From Azolla caroliniana (taxonomy: Eukaryota; Plantae; Polypodiophyta): a stretch of DNA of 64,000 nt. Every line of letters begins with the position of its first letter. Within the stretch, counting starts at the first letter, position 1. The translations under genes were made by a program, and so were the position numbers. Positions 25,410 through 39,469 of this stretch are shown in pieces. The notes below the pieces were generated by a model. It saw nothing but the letters and a program-made list of their open reading frames with translations. It was not told the DNA's origin and did no database searches. The stretch is from NCBI GenBank assembly GCA_043228905.1, contig JBHGNT010000016.1:6820001-6884000 (forward strand), in the 5' to 3' direction.

Positions 25410-28400
25410 CCAAGTGGGAGGAAAGGAGGGACTTTTCTTATTTGGAATATCAGTGACACCTTCTAGTGCAATTGAGGGGAATCCAAACATCCAAATTCCC
25501 GAAAAATATCAAGAATATGTTGATGTTTTTGTCAAAGTCAAAGCTAGTGTACTTCCAAAGCATCGGCCATACGATTGTCCCATTGACCTCCAACCAAGAA
25601 AAGAGCCACCGTGGGGTCCGATCTACAATCTATCGCCAATTGAGCTTGAGGTTCTTTGAGAATACATTGAGGAGAATCTTGCACATTGGTTTATTCGACA
25701 TTCAAAATCTCCAGCCGGTGCTCCTATATTTTTTGTGAAGAAAAAGGATGTATCGCTTCGTTTGGTTGTGGACTATCGGGGATTAAATAAAGTCACCATA
25801 AGAAATAGGTATGCTCTTCCTTTAATCTCAAGTCTTTTAGAGCGCATTGGTGGGGCAAAACATTTTAAAAAGATTGATTTAAGGGGTGCATATAATCTTG
25901 TTCGCATTCGAACGGGAGAGGAGTGGAAAACGGCATTTTGCGCTCGGTATGGTCATTTCGAGTATACAGTCATGCATTTCGGGCTCACAAATGCACCCAC
26001 AGTTTTCGAACATATGGCAAATGACATTTTCCCGGATTTTTTGGATATCTTTCTCATAATCTATTTAGATGATCTATTGATTTACTCTAAAACACATGAG
26101 GAGCATGATATACATGTCCGGAAAGTACTTGAATGCTTAAGAAAGTATGGTCTGTATGCCAAACTTGAGAAGTGCAATTTTGACAATAAACAAGTCGAAT
26201 TCTTGGGTTATACTATTTCATCTAAGGGTATCTTCATGGATCCAACGAAAGTCAAAACAATATTAGGATGGCAACCCCCACGTTAAGTTCGAGACGTCCA
26301 ATGTTTCCTCGGATTTGCTAACTTCTATCGCAAATTCATACAAAATTATTCAAAGATTGTGTTGCCTCTCACCCAACTAACCAAGAAGAATCAAGTGTTT
26401 GTTTGGACTATTGAAGCGGACATAAGCCGTTACTCAACTCAAAGAGGCATTCACATAAGCTCCTATATTAGCACATATTGATCTCGAAAAGCCATTTACC
26501 ATTGAAGCGGATGCGTCAGAATTTGCATTGGGGAGTATCCTATCTCAACTAGGCAAGGACGGGTAGTCCCATCCAATCTCATTTCACTCGAGAAAATTTA
26601 CTGCTGTAGAGATAAACTATGAGGTGCATGACAAGGAGTTACTAGCCGTGGTTGACTCTTTCGAGCAATGACAACATTTCTTGGAAGGATCGCCTCATCA
26701 AATAATCATTTATAGTGATCACAAAAATCTTACGTATTTTCAAACGGCTCGAGTGTTAAATAGGAGACAAACTTGGTGGGCACAATTTCTAACTCGTTTG
26801 ATTTCAAGATCGTTTTCCACCCCGGGAAGCAACAAGGGAAGCCAGATGCTCTATCTCGACGTTCATATCTCGCACCTCGACTTGGAGATCTGGCCTTTGA
26901 CAACCAAAAGCAAATTCTATTGGGACCATCAAAGCTACAAGCAACAACAGTTTATGCGACTCCGCTTGATTCACGCCTTGTTGATACTATTCGGCAACAA
27001 CTTCACTCTGATGATTTCGCTAAGGATGTCTCAGCCCACATTAGTCCAAGCCATGCATCTTGCTCCACATTGCAAGATTCATCTCAACATTATTAGAAAT
27101 TCAAGTGGCAAGATGGCTTACTCTTTTACAAGAATCTCCTTTACGTCCCTGATGGACCCGCCTTCAAGTATTACAACATTGTCATGATGCCCCTATGGTT
27201 GGACATTTTGGTATTGCCAAGACCATGGAGTTGGTGAAGCGCTTGTTTTGGTGGCCTCATTTGCAAAAATTTGTCAAATATTATGTTCATACATGTGACA
27301 CCTGTTGAGCCAAAATACCCAGACATCATCCTTATGGCTTGTTACAACCATTATTGCCTCCAACCAAGCCATCACCGTCAATTTCTATGGATTTCATTAT
27401 GGATCTGCCACCTTCAAAAGGATTTGATACCATTTTAACAGTAGTGGATCGGTTGACGGAGATGGCACATTTTTTACCAAGTGTGAAGAGTATCAATAAT
27501 CAGGAAACCGTAGATATCGTTATGCGTGAAGTATTTTGTCATCATGGTCTTCTAGACGATATAATTATTGATCATGGTTCTCAATTTATCTCTCACTTTT
27601 GGAAGCACCTATGGGCAGGCCTCAAAATCTCTTGCAAACTCTCTTTGGCTTATCATCCACAAACCGACGGACAAACAGAGCACACAAATAAAACGCTCGA
27701 GCAATATCTTCGATGCTTCATCAGTTATCAACAAGATGATTGGACCAATATTCTACATCTTGTTGAGTTTGCATACAATAACACGGTACACTCTTCTACC
27801 AAGGTTACACCTTTCTTTGCCTACATAGGTCGCACGAAACCCTAGTGTTGAGCATCATCTTCATCGACTACATCGAATCTAGTTAGCATTATCTTCACAT
27901 CTTCAGACAACTCAAGCACAACATAAGACCAACACCGATCACCATCGTCTTAAGTCTCCTTTTAAGGTTGGTAACCAAGTATGGTTGCTTCATTGTCACA
28001 TCAAGACTACCCGGCCATGTGAGAAGCTTGATTATCAATGCTTAGGTCCTTTTCTCATCATTGCACGTATTAACGATGCCACCTTTCGTCTTAATCTTCC
28101 AGCACACATGCGGCTTCACCCAGTCTTTCATAGCTCTCTTTTGGAACCTTGTCTCACCTCTTCTATTCCTAACCGTGTCATGCCACCTCCACCCTCTGTC
28201 CAACTTGTTGATGGCCCTGGATACAAGGTAGCTACTATTCTTGATTCAAAGATTGTGCGGAATAAGCTCTATTATCTGCTTGATTGGTTGGCTATCTTCC
28301 GAGTGATCGCACTTGGGAACCCGTCAATAATGTTTCTAATGCTCAAGCTCTTGTCAAAGACTTCCATCGCCGTTATCCAAACAAACCGGGCCCTACATTG

Positions 28401-28586
28401 TTAACGACAACTTCCACTCGTTGTTCTTGAAGGGGAGATAGTGTCATGAATACATAAGAATCATGGCTTCACTTGGGCTTGAACCCAAGGCCTTGTAATA
28501 CATAATCAAGAACCTAAACATTAGGATAGCACATGATTATAAAATAATAAAAGCTACTTCTTGTAATAGATTGATTATTGTAAATG

Positions 28587-28670
28587 TTCTGGAACATTCT
28601 AGAACATTCTAGAATATCCTAGAACATCTTAGAATATTCTAGGTCTAGAACATTCTAGAACATTATAGAA
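28587..28670. promoter_or_regulatory. Heat-shock element array in the chromovirus 3' LTR
   Basis: TTCtgGAAcaTTCtaGAAcaTTCtaGAA gives six perfect alternating pentamers, followed by further units. Confidence 0.75.
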
Positions 28671-29319
28671 ATCACTAGGCTATTCTATAGGAACCTATAC
28701 ATATAGACATACAATTCTTCTCAAACTAATTCGAATCAACCCCAGTCTTAAGCTTTCGTCACCTTTCTTGTATCCATCTTCATTCTATCTTATTAATACA
28801 TTCATTCTTCTCTTATCACTTCATTCCTCTCTTCTCGTGATCTCTTTACATCTTTCTTCTACCACTCTATCTTTTCTCTTGGTTCTGACACGGTCCGGTT
28901 AAAGCTTCTTCTTGCATCGGCTCCTTGGTTCGAGTCCCCGGTGGTCCCACCCCGTTCCGACACATCTTTGGTGAACCCGACATGAAAGGGGCGGTAGAGG
29001 AGTCTGAAGATGAGGGGGAGCAAACTAGCATAGGCAATGGTAGTGGCCGTTGATCGTATAGTAAATGCGTGGGAGAGTGCAAGTGGTTTCACAGGGCCAT
29101 AGAGACGATAGTTGGCATGACATGCCGATTTAATGGGAAGGACGTGACAAGCTATCTAAAGGCCTATCGGGCCAAAATGATAATGAGGGACATCCCGGAG
29201 GACAAACGGTTGTCCGGATTCCTGCGGGTAGTAACGCCGAGCACGCATGTGGAGGTGCTTGAGATCCAAGTGGACCGTCGGAATTGGTCGGAGTTTGAGG
29301 GACGGCTACTCAAGAGGTA

Positions 29320-30975
29320 TGTGCAGAATAGCGCTCGGCCACAACCGAGACTCAAACAATTTATGACAAAACAAAACAGATATGGAGGTTCGTACACTTA
29401 CACAGAAGAGATGACGCAAGATGTTTACGTGGAAAACCCTAATAGGGGAAAAAACCACGGGAGCCCATAGACTCCAACTATCACTATACAAGAAAGGAGG
29501 TACAACTAGAGACACATAGGCAATGACCTCGAGCTCTGTATCTTCACCAACAGACGACTTCTCTTCTTTCTCTCTCTCTCTCTATCATACAACTAACGAC
29601 AACTCACACACTGAGTTGGTTGCCCTAAGTCATATTTATACTTATATGACTTTCGGGCTATTTACAAATATGGCCTTTACAGGCACACCAGAAACATATT
29701 TGCAGATATGTCCCTGGATCTGGTTTACATCGGATCCATGTGGATACCTTCTAGTTCGGTCCGGTTGCTGCATCCGGTCCGGTTCCTTCCTTCGGCTCGT
29801 CCGATCCGGCGACTCCGGATCTCATATGGATCCCATACGGAGGGACCGAATTCCCAACAAACTGCCCCTTCACTCTGGCATGGGATTTCTCGTTAGTCTG
29901 ATCCGTCTCCGGCACATGTCCAATTATTCGGCTGACAGCACCTTGGTCAGCATATCCGACCCGTTCTCCTCCGTGTGGATCTTCGTCAACGCGAAGTCTT
30001 GATCTTCTACCGTCTCCCGGCGCTAGTGATATCTTCTTTGGATGTGCTTGGTCCAGGAATGGTAGGCCTCGTTCTTATCAAGGTGGATGGCACTTTGGTT
30101 GTCGAAGTAGAGCCGATATTCCTCATGTTGAATCCCTAGGTCTTCGATGAAGTCCTTCATCTAGATTACTTCCTTGCCGACTTCCACAACTACCATGTAC
30201 TCTACTTCCATTGTTGACAGTGCAACAGACTTCTGGAGCCTCGACTGCCACGATACGACTCCCCCTGCATATGTCATGACGTATCCGGATGTGGACCGGC
30301 TGGTATCCACATCACCCGACATATCCAAATCTGTAAAGCCTTCCAGTTGGGGTTTACTTGAGCCGAACCGGAGGCACATACTCGAGGTGCCTTTCAAGTA
30401 CCGGAGTGTCCACTTGACCGCGTTCTAGTGTTCTCTTCCCGGGTTGCTCATGAACTGGCTGACCACTCTGACTACGAATCCGATATTTGGTCGGGTGCAC
30501 ACCATCGCGTACATCAAGCTTCCAACGATAGAGGCATACGGTATCTTCATCATATCTGATTTCTCTGCCTTTGTCTTCGGGCTCTGCTTTCCGGACCACT
30601 TGCAGTTTGTTGGAAGTGTTGACTCGACTGGCTTCGCATCTAGCATGTTGAACCGTTTAAGCACCTTTGTAACGTACTTCTCCTGTGAGAGCCATAGCAA
30701 TTTCTTCGATCGGTCTCGGATTATGTGCATCCCCAGTATCTGTCTCGCCAAACCCAAATCTTTCATTGAGAATGTCGGGTTCAAAGCCTTCTTCATATTT
30801 TCGATTTTGGTTCGCTTCGGTCCGACGATCAACATGTCGTTTACATACAATAGGAGTATCAGGAAGTCACCTCCATCAAATTTCTTCATGAACAAGCAGT
30901 GGTCGGCTTGCGTCTTGTGGTACCCTTGGTCGATCATGAAGGAGTCGAACTTCTGGTACCATTGTCGGGGAGCTC
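29320..30975 (-). mobile_element. 3' fragment of a Copia element (RT-RH, PPT, 3' LTR)
   Basis: LTR 29320-29859; RT/RH ORF remnants 30161-30937. Confidence 0.88.
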
Positions 30976-31017
30976 GAACTGGTATGAGACCAGGAGTGGG
31001 CTTAAGAAAAATGACGC

Positions 31018-31844
31018 TGTTGTGCCTTTCAGCTCCGGATCGTTGTGTGAGTCGGGTGGGAACCGCTGAGGTTTTGGACTAGGAGAAAGAAGAATATGAG
31101 ATAAGGCTAGTAATCAATAGGTAGAAAGATAGGTAAGTTATGAATATCGTGAATCCCACGAGTTTAGTGTATTTAATCAATATTTAGATAGTAAGAGACA
31201 ATTTTGATCACAAATTCATGAATCCCACGAATATATTATATTAATCGGTGTTTTAGGAAATATATCCAATTTCCAAATATTCCACACACCCTTACATTGT
31301 GCTCCCCATCCTTATATAGTGATGAGAGAGTCTAAGTAATAATCCATGCTTTTTCTCCAACAATAGACTATATGCTTTATCTAACATGCCTTTTTCTAAA
31401 GTGATCTTGCTTTTTCTAATCTTGATGCATTTTTATCGACTATAGTGTTCATGCACGCTACATGTGTATGCGTAACTTTTTCTTTTATCATGCGTTTTTT
31501 TCTAACTAAAATTTATCCTAGCATGAACTTACCTTTCTATGTGGGACGTTTACTTTTTTAACACTAATGATATGTTAGTGTAATGGTAATGCTTTACATT
31601 ATAAACATGAAGGTGCAAGGTTTGAATCTTGCCCTATACATGTAATATATATTTTTATACTTTCTTCTATTTACAAATATGTCTCTTCATCCGGTGAGAG
31701 ACTCTCACCGGCCTTCTTCATCCGGTTCTCACCAGGTTCGGTCCTTACCGGTTCCTCCTTCCGGTTCTGACTGAGTACTCCATGTCCTATCCGGAGAGAC
31801 CAAAAATGCAATTTTTCACGTAGTGTGTGAATTACACTACGACA
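31018..31844 (-). mobile_element. Solo LTR related to the 51098 LTR type
   Basis: Termini match the TGTCG...CGACA family; 4-bp TSD ACGC (31014-31017 and 31845-31848). Confidence 0.9.
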
Positions 31845-34800
31845 ACGCAGGCCCTACCGGCTCCAGGAGAAGCCTAAGGTTCCGAGCTTTCGGCTGAGCT
31901 CTAAGATAGAGAGAGCAATGAACTTGCAAAAGGTCTTGGAAGAACGAATCCTCGACAAATGGGTGGAAGTCACCTTGAGGGAGGTGCTTGGGATTGCCAG
32001 GAAGGAGTTCCACGATTCTATCGTCGACCTCGTGAAAAGAAAGCGCCTTTTGTCAGAGCTGGACTTGGAGAAGCCGACCGAAGTGAAGGCAGCCCACATC
32101 AAGGAGGGGGCTGTGGAAGGAAAGCTTCCGGCTAGCTAGTACACAAAGCCGCATTGGGCAAGGGCTATGACGGAGACCCCGGTCCGGATCGGGGATGTGC
32201 AGGAGCCGGTGGTGGCGCTAATTGACCACGTATCAGAGATCAACTTGATGTCCATGTACTTCTATAGGAAAGGGAATTGGCCAACTAATACAAAGCATGG
32301 GTGGAAGATACGTGCGGAGACCCGTGCGACAGAGGGCTTCACGGAGTGTGCCCGAATGTTTGGGTGAAGCTCGGGGACGTCGAAATCGACCAACATTTCT
32401 TCGTGCAAGAGACGTCATCCCACATGGTAATTCTCGGCGAACCTTATATCATGGTGGGTTGAATGGAGACAAAAGTGCTGGACAACGGCTCAACGTATGT
32501 AAGGGTGAAGGGCCAAGATGGCTGGCACTCCGTCCTGTTCTCGACGGTCCGACGGAACCACGAGTGGAATCAGGATTCTCTCGGCAGGGAAGGCCGAGAG
32601 GATTTTTAGAGAGGGCTATCAAAGCATGGGGCCGCGATAGTCCAGACATCCGGAAGAAACCCGACACTTGTACCATAGGTAGGACATTTTGGCCCTCTAT
32701 TAATGGAGGTTGTACCATGACATCAGTGGCCGGGAAAGGAAGCAGGTCGAAGGGCGCTTAAAGGTATGCGGAGCCGTAGGCCCGGACTATCACGGACATG
32801 ACAAAAATTATGTCCAGATTTGAACTCTTGACCTCTTGTAATATAGTTAAGTGTTATATTGTAACCTATAGAGAATATGCAAAATAATATTCGGCCACAA
32901 CCGAGACTTAGATCACTTAATGATAATCAAACACAGAAGAAATGAGAAATGGAAGTAAGTACACAAATAGAAGAGAATGCACAGGATGCTAACGTGGAAA
33001 ACCCTAAACGGGAAAAACCACGGGAGCCCACAAACTCTGAACTATCACTATGTAAGGAGAATACAACAGGGGAACACAGAGGCAACGACCTCGTGCTCAC
33101 AATCTTCGCCTGGCGGCGGTTACGATAGAGACTCACTATGTCTCTCTATGTCTCTCTATCTCTCTCTTTCTCTCTACTACGCTTTGTACAACAATTACAC
33201 CAATAACACTATACAAAGTAATGACAACACAATGATACTAATATCACACTCTGTTTTCCCTAGGTCATATTTATACTAATATGACATTAGGACTATTTAT
33301 AGATATAGCCCCAATGGGCTCTCAGAAACATATTTCCATATATGTCCCTTCATCTGGTGAGAGGTTCTCACTGGGCCTTCATCATCCCATCCGGAGGGAC
33401 CGAGATCCTAACAAATTCCCCCTTCACTCCGGCATGGGATGCCTCGTCAATCCGATCCTCTTCTTGCATGCATCTAGCTTGTCAGATGTCAGCACTTTGG
33501 TCAGCATATCCGACCCGTTCTCCTCCGTGTGGATCTTCATCAACACGAACTCTCGATCTTCAACTTGCTCATGGATCCAGTGGTACCTGCGCTGGATGTG
33601 CTTCGTCCTGGATTGATACGCCGCGTTCTTCGCAAGATGGATGGCACTTTGACTATCTCAATAGAGCCGATATTCCTCTTGCCGGATCCCTAGCTCTTCG
33701 ATGAAGTCCTTCATCCATAGTATTTCCTTACCGGCTTCCATAACCGCCATGTACTCCACCTCCGTGGTAGATAACACAATCGTCTTCTACAACCTCGACT
33801 GCCACGAAACAACTCCCCCTACATATGTCATATCATACCTGATGTTGACCGGCTGGTATCCGCATCAGCTGACATATTCGAATCGGTGAAACCGTCAAGT
33901 TCAGGTTTACCAGAGCCAAATCAGAGACATATAGTTGAGGTGCCTTTCAAGTACCGGAGTATCCATTTTACCGCATTCCAGTGCTCCTTGCCGGGATTGC
34001 TCATAAACTGGCTCACCACTCCGACTGCGTATCCGATATCCGGTCGGGTACACATCATTGCTTACATGAAGCTCCCGACGGCAGAGGCATATGGTATCTT
34101 CATCATATCCGCCTTCTCTGCCTTCATCTTCGGGCTTTGCTTACTGGATAGCTCGCAGTTTGCCGGAAGTGTCGATCTAACCAGTTTCGCGTTTGACATG
34201 TTGAAGCGCTGAAGCACCTTTGTCACGTATTTTTCTTGTGACAGCCATAATTCCTTCTTTGACCGGTCCCGGATGATATGCAACCCTAGTATCTATCTTG
34301 CCGGACCCAAGTCTTTCATTGAGAAGGTCTGATTCAACGCCTTCTTCAACATTCGTATCTTGACTTGGTCTCGTCCGACGATCAACATGTTGTCCACATA
34401 CAGGAGGAGTATTAGGAAGTCTCCACCTTCGAACTTCTTCACAAATACGCAGTGATCGGCCTGCGTCTTGTGGCACCCTTGATCGGTCATGAAGGAGTCG
34501 AACTTCAGGTACCATTGTCGGGGAGCCTGCTTCAAACCGTAGAGGCTCTTCTTCAACTGGAAAACCAAGTGCTCCTTCCCTTTCTTCACAAATCCCTCTA
34601 GTTGCTGCATGTAGATCTCCTCTTCAAGGTCGCCGTGGAGGAACGCCGTCTTCAAGTCTAACTACTCTACCTCGAGGTCCATGCTTGCCGCTATGCTTAG
34701 CATCGTCCGGATGGAAGTCATCTTTACTACTGGGGCAAATATCTCGTCGAAGTCCACTCCCTTCTTCTGCTGGAACCCCTTTACCACGATCTTGGCTTTG

Positions 34801-35602
34801 TATCTTGGGGGGTTGCCGGCATCTCCCGCTTTCAACTTGTACACCCACTTATTCCCAAGTGCCTGCTTTCCTTTCGGCAACTCCACCAATTCATATGTGT
34901 GGTTCTCATGTAGGGAATCCATCTCGTCCTGCATCTCACTCAAGCACTTGCGGCTTTGGGTGTCCTCCTTTGCTTCTTCGAAGCTTTCCAGCTCCCCCTC
35001 ATTGGTTAGCAGCACACGCTCTACATCCAGAAATCTCTAGGGGGCCCTTCTCTCTTTGAGAGGATATTTCCGTCTTTGGGTTTCGGCAACCGGCTCCTCT
35101 TTTTGTTCTTGATCCGAATCCGAATCGGGGTCTTGGCCGGTTCCGGTTTCAGCTTCCTCTTCTTCTTCTTCTACCGGTTCGGTATCCTCACCGTAACTGG
35201 CCGGTTCTTCGAGTGTCAACCGGCTCTTAGCCGGGTAGGTCCGAATCTCATCGAACCGATCCTTACCGGTCGACTCGGAGTTCATTGTCTTCTTCTCCGA
35301 CTCCTAGTCGGCAAGGGTCTTGTCCTCCATGAAGATAATATCTCGACTCCAGAAAACCTTCTTGTCGACCGAATCCCACACTCGGTAGCCGAACTCATCA
35401 TCGCCGTATTCGAGGAATATGCAAGGCCGGGACTTTGGGTCCAACTTTGCTCTCTGGTCCTTTGCCACATGCACGTAAGCGAGACACCCGAAAACCTTCA
35501 GATGCCGGTCCTCACTCTTTGTGGCGTGTCTTTGTCCAAGGGCACTGAGGGTGATCTGTTTATCACGTACGTCGCTGTCGCCAACGGCTCAACCCAAAAC
35601 GT

Positions 35603-38600
35603 TGTCGTGAAGATTTCCGGCTATAGTGTGAAACCGGGGTGGAATGGGCAAGTCGGCAATGTGCAACATGTGCACATGTATAGTAGTAAAATGGTGTATA
35701 GAATAAGGGGGAGAATTTATCCCACATTGTAACGCCTCTCCCTCCTTGGGCTATAAAAGGAAGGGAGGGGTCTCTTGTGAAGGGGTTGCCTATTTTTGAG
35801 TGAGAGAGGTATACCACTTAGGTCGAGGGGTTCTATTCGGTTTTAGGGTTTCTTCTAGGGTTTTCTTCTTGGGTTTCTTTTAGGGTTTCTATGCTTCTTT
35901 GCTTACTTATCCGGTTAGGGTTTTCTTGTAGTCGTTTTGGGGTGCGGCCTATGCGACCTTGGTTGTAATCCTTGTAAACTCTTAATATAGCATGTTGATG
36001 TTTCTTGTCTTGTGGGTGTATCTTGACTCCATCTATTCTACTCTATGTTTATGTGTCATTCTTCCTCTTCTCCTCTTGAGCTAATCTACCATTTTTGGGT
36101 CTTATTCCTTCTCCTCTACTCCCTAGTCCAAGACCCACGTGTTCCCGCCTCGGATCCTACACGCGCTCGCGGAATATCGCGACATCTTTGGTGAACCTGA
36201 CGTGAAGAGGCGGCAAGGGAGGACGGAGATGGAAGATGAAGACTTCGACTTTGTGGAGGTGATGGCGAATATTGTGATGGATGCCCGATGGAAGAAGGCA
36301 AGGCAAGATGCGGCTCAACAAGCCGTCAAGAGGGTGGTCGATCGAGTCGGCCGATTTAACGGGGATGATGTCCCGAGGTTCTTGGAAGCGTACAATGCTG
36401 AGATGACGAAGAAGGGTGTGGTGAAGCGATGCGGCTAGAATATTTTTGTTGAGTGGCGGCCGTATCGGTGCACAAAGAGGTCAACGAGCTTCAAGAAGCT
36501 CACGAGTTGTGGGAGTCCTTTGAGGGAGCTCTATTGGAGGCATACAGATATGCGAAACCGGAGTGGGTATGCCGACAACCCGATGGGGAGCAGTCGGCAA
36601 CAACGTGGCCCACAAGCGGCGGAGAAGAGCGGGCGGTGAGCAGCTACACACTACCGTTGGAAGAGAGCTCGATGCGTGATCAATAGGAGGAGTACGACCT
36701 AGAGACGTTGGTATGGGAGGCGTGCGAGAGCGTGAAGGAAAAGTTCGAAGCCGAAGAAGGGCTTATTATGGAGTCGGGCCGGAGAAGATTGGAGGATGCG
36801 GAGGAAGAAGCCTCTCTATACGTGGACGATGGGGCCTATGCAGAGGCCGGAAGAGCGTGCAACGACGATGACATGGGAGAGGGTGCGGAGCAAGCGACCC
36901 TCTCGTTTTGCGGAAAAGGGACGGCCATGGATGAGGCCGGGGAATACGAAGCGGGGAGCGCCACTTCTAGAGTGGGCGGAGGATTCGGGACACGGTGGTC
37001 GGAATCATCAAGCGGGGAGGAGACGAGCGGTGGTGCCAGGACCTTACCCACACCGATTCTAGAGACTCCGGCGTCCGGACCGAGAGCCGGTGTGAGACCT
37101 AAAGTGACGAACGGTGGTGGCGACAAGGCAGGAAACCAAGACAACGGCAAGGAGATTGAGGTTACCGGAGCGGACGGGCAAGGAGAAGGAGGCGACAAGG
37201 CGGGCAAGCGTAATTGAGACGAAAAGGAGAAGGAGGCGACAAGCGTAATTGAAGCTTCCGCAATCGGAGACGGGGAATCCACGAACAATGACGTCCGGAT
37301 GGAGGTGGCTACGGAAATAACAAGCGGCGGTGTCGGGATCTTACCTGCACCGGTTCTAGAGACTCTGGTGTCCGGCCCGAAAGCCGGTGTGAGACCTAGA
37401 GTGACGGACGGTGGCGGCGGCAAGGCGGGTGACCGAAACGAAGAGGAGGATGCGAGGCCCGAAACGGGCATAACGAAAGGACCGAAGGGGAGGCCGAGAA
37501 CGGCAACAAGGAGAGAGTCGGGAACCGACCTGACCGGAAGGCGAACTGGGAAAAGAATGAAGTAGGCGCCGGTCAACCGGGCCCGAACCAAAGGAGAGTC
37601 GGCAAGACCGGAAGTGTTCGGCCGAACCCTTACCGGCCGGTTATGATTATGGAAGGAAGCCGACCAAACCAGAACATGATCAGTCGGGACCGAACCGGGC
37701 AAGGACCAGGCCGACATGATTGGAGATCGGGGAGGACGAGTCGCAACACATGGTGGGAGCCGGTGAGTGGGAGAAGGAGGCTAAGTGGGCATGACGACTA
37801 CGGTTCCGTGGAAGAACGGAAATGGGCGGGACCCTCCACACCTATTCTAGAGACTTCGGCGGTTGCGGATCAATGTAAGACCAGAGAGACGGCGGATGGC
37901 GGCAAGAAGTCGGTTACCGGAGCGGACGAGGTTACCGGAGCGGGTATCCGGTATGAAATAATGGATGAGTGGGGCCAAGACGGCAAGCCCGAGTCGGAAC
38001 AGGGTACGAAAACAAAGGAAGAAGAGGCCAACGCGGAGGTCGGGTCTACGACGAGTGAAGGGCATAAAATGGAGCATGCACTACGGCTGGCGAAGGGCCA
38101 AGAAGCAAGCATGCACCCGGAAGAGCGGCAACGAGTGACCGGCAACGGCGGACCGGTCGAGCCTTTGAGAGGCAAGCACACGGCGAGAGACAGAGTGGTA
38201 AGGTGCTGCGATCAGCGGATGAACGACGGGAGAGAAGGATGGTGCACAGAGAACAAAGGGGTACACGTCGGGAAGAGAAAGCGCGGTGTCCCGGAGGACA
38301 TGTGAGGCCAAGAGGGCGCAAGTTGAGGCGAAGCGGTAACAAGAGCCGCGAAGGACACCGACACAGAGGTCGGTATGATGGTACACTCTACCGCGAGAGA
38401 GCACTTCAATCAAGGGAGAAGGGAGGAGCGCGTAATGGGGTGAAGGAGGGACACATGCGGTACGCGATACGTGGAATCCGGCGTGCGATCGGAGTGATCG
38501 GGAACCTGATCAGAGGACCGATCGGAGGGGTGATCGGATCGGCAACGGGGTCCGGGAGGACCGATCGGGGAGGAAGGTGCGAACGTCGGATATGGCGAAT

Positions 38601-39429
38601 CGGATGGAGCCGGCGGTTCTGGGACGTACAACGGCTCGTGTGGAAGGGACGAGCATGCTCGAAGTGGAAGACGAAGTCGAGCAAGGTAAATGAGAATGGC
38701 CACAAAGGTAAGTTCCCGGAAGGAAGATAGGCACGGTCCGGAAGTCGACAGGTTGGGGCCGGTAAGGAACCGTGGAGACGGTCGGGAGTCGGTAAGGCGG
38801 AGGACCCGGTTAATCACCGTCGCCGAAATCTCTCACCCTTTTCCTTTCTTGGCACATACCGGTGGATGTGTGGTTTGGTGGGGGCGGATGTCATGAAGAT
38901 TTCCGGCTATAGTGTGAAACCGGGGTGGAATGGGTAAGTCGACAATGTGCAACATGTGCACATATATAGTAGTAAAATGGTGTATAGAATAAGGGGAAGA
39001 ATTTATCCCACATTGTAACGCCTCTCCCTCCTTGGGCTATAAAAGGAAGGGAGGGGTCTCTTGTGAAGGGGTTGCCTATTTTTGAGTGAGAGAGGTATAC
39101 CACTTAGGTCGAGAGGTTCTATTCGGTTTTAGGGTTTCTTCTAGGGTTTTCTTCTTGGGTTTCTTTTAGGGTTTCTATGCTTCTTTGCTTACTTATCCGG
39201 TTAGGGTTTTCTTGTAGTCGTTTTGGGGTGCGGCTTATGCGGCCTTGGTTGTAATCTTTGTAAACTCTTAATATAGCATTTTGATATTTTTTGTCTTGTC
39301 GGTGTATCTTGACTCCATCTATTCTACTCTATGTTTATGTGTCATTCTTCCCCTTCTCCTCTACTCCCTAGTCCAAGACCCCCGTGGTCCCACCTCGGAT
39401 CCTACACGCACTCACGGAATATCGCGACA
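35603..39429 (+). mobile_element. Non-autonomous Trp-primed LTR element with a decayed Gag-derived ORF and no pol
   Basis: LTRs 35603-36184 and 38889-39429, TSD ACGT, PBS 36189-36206. The internal region is homologous to the ORF at 51864-53681. Confidence 0.92.
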
Positions 39430-39469
39430 ACGTCTTAGGTAACTTTACATGTGCTAGCATACTCCGGAG

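Larger units (their letters stand above)
12758..28890 (+). mobile_element. Ty3/Gypsy chromovirus (Tcn1-like), pseudogenised and split by two Copia insertions
   Basis: LTRs at about 12758-13185 (5'-truncated) and 28442-28890 (TGTCA...TGACA), PPT 28427-28441. Gag 13253-13483 plus 19400-20180, PR LLDTGAS, RT YLDD (25735-26286), RNase H, integrase, and chromodomain-like VATILDSKIVRNKLYYLLDW at about 28215-28380. Confidence 0.92.

Noticed and set aside
36796-38896. Many overlapping ORFs on both strands
   Set aside because: GC-rich decayed remnant of the single Gag-derived ORF; alternative frames are open by composition.
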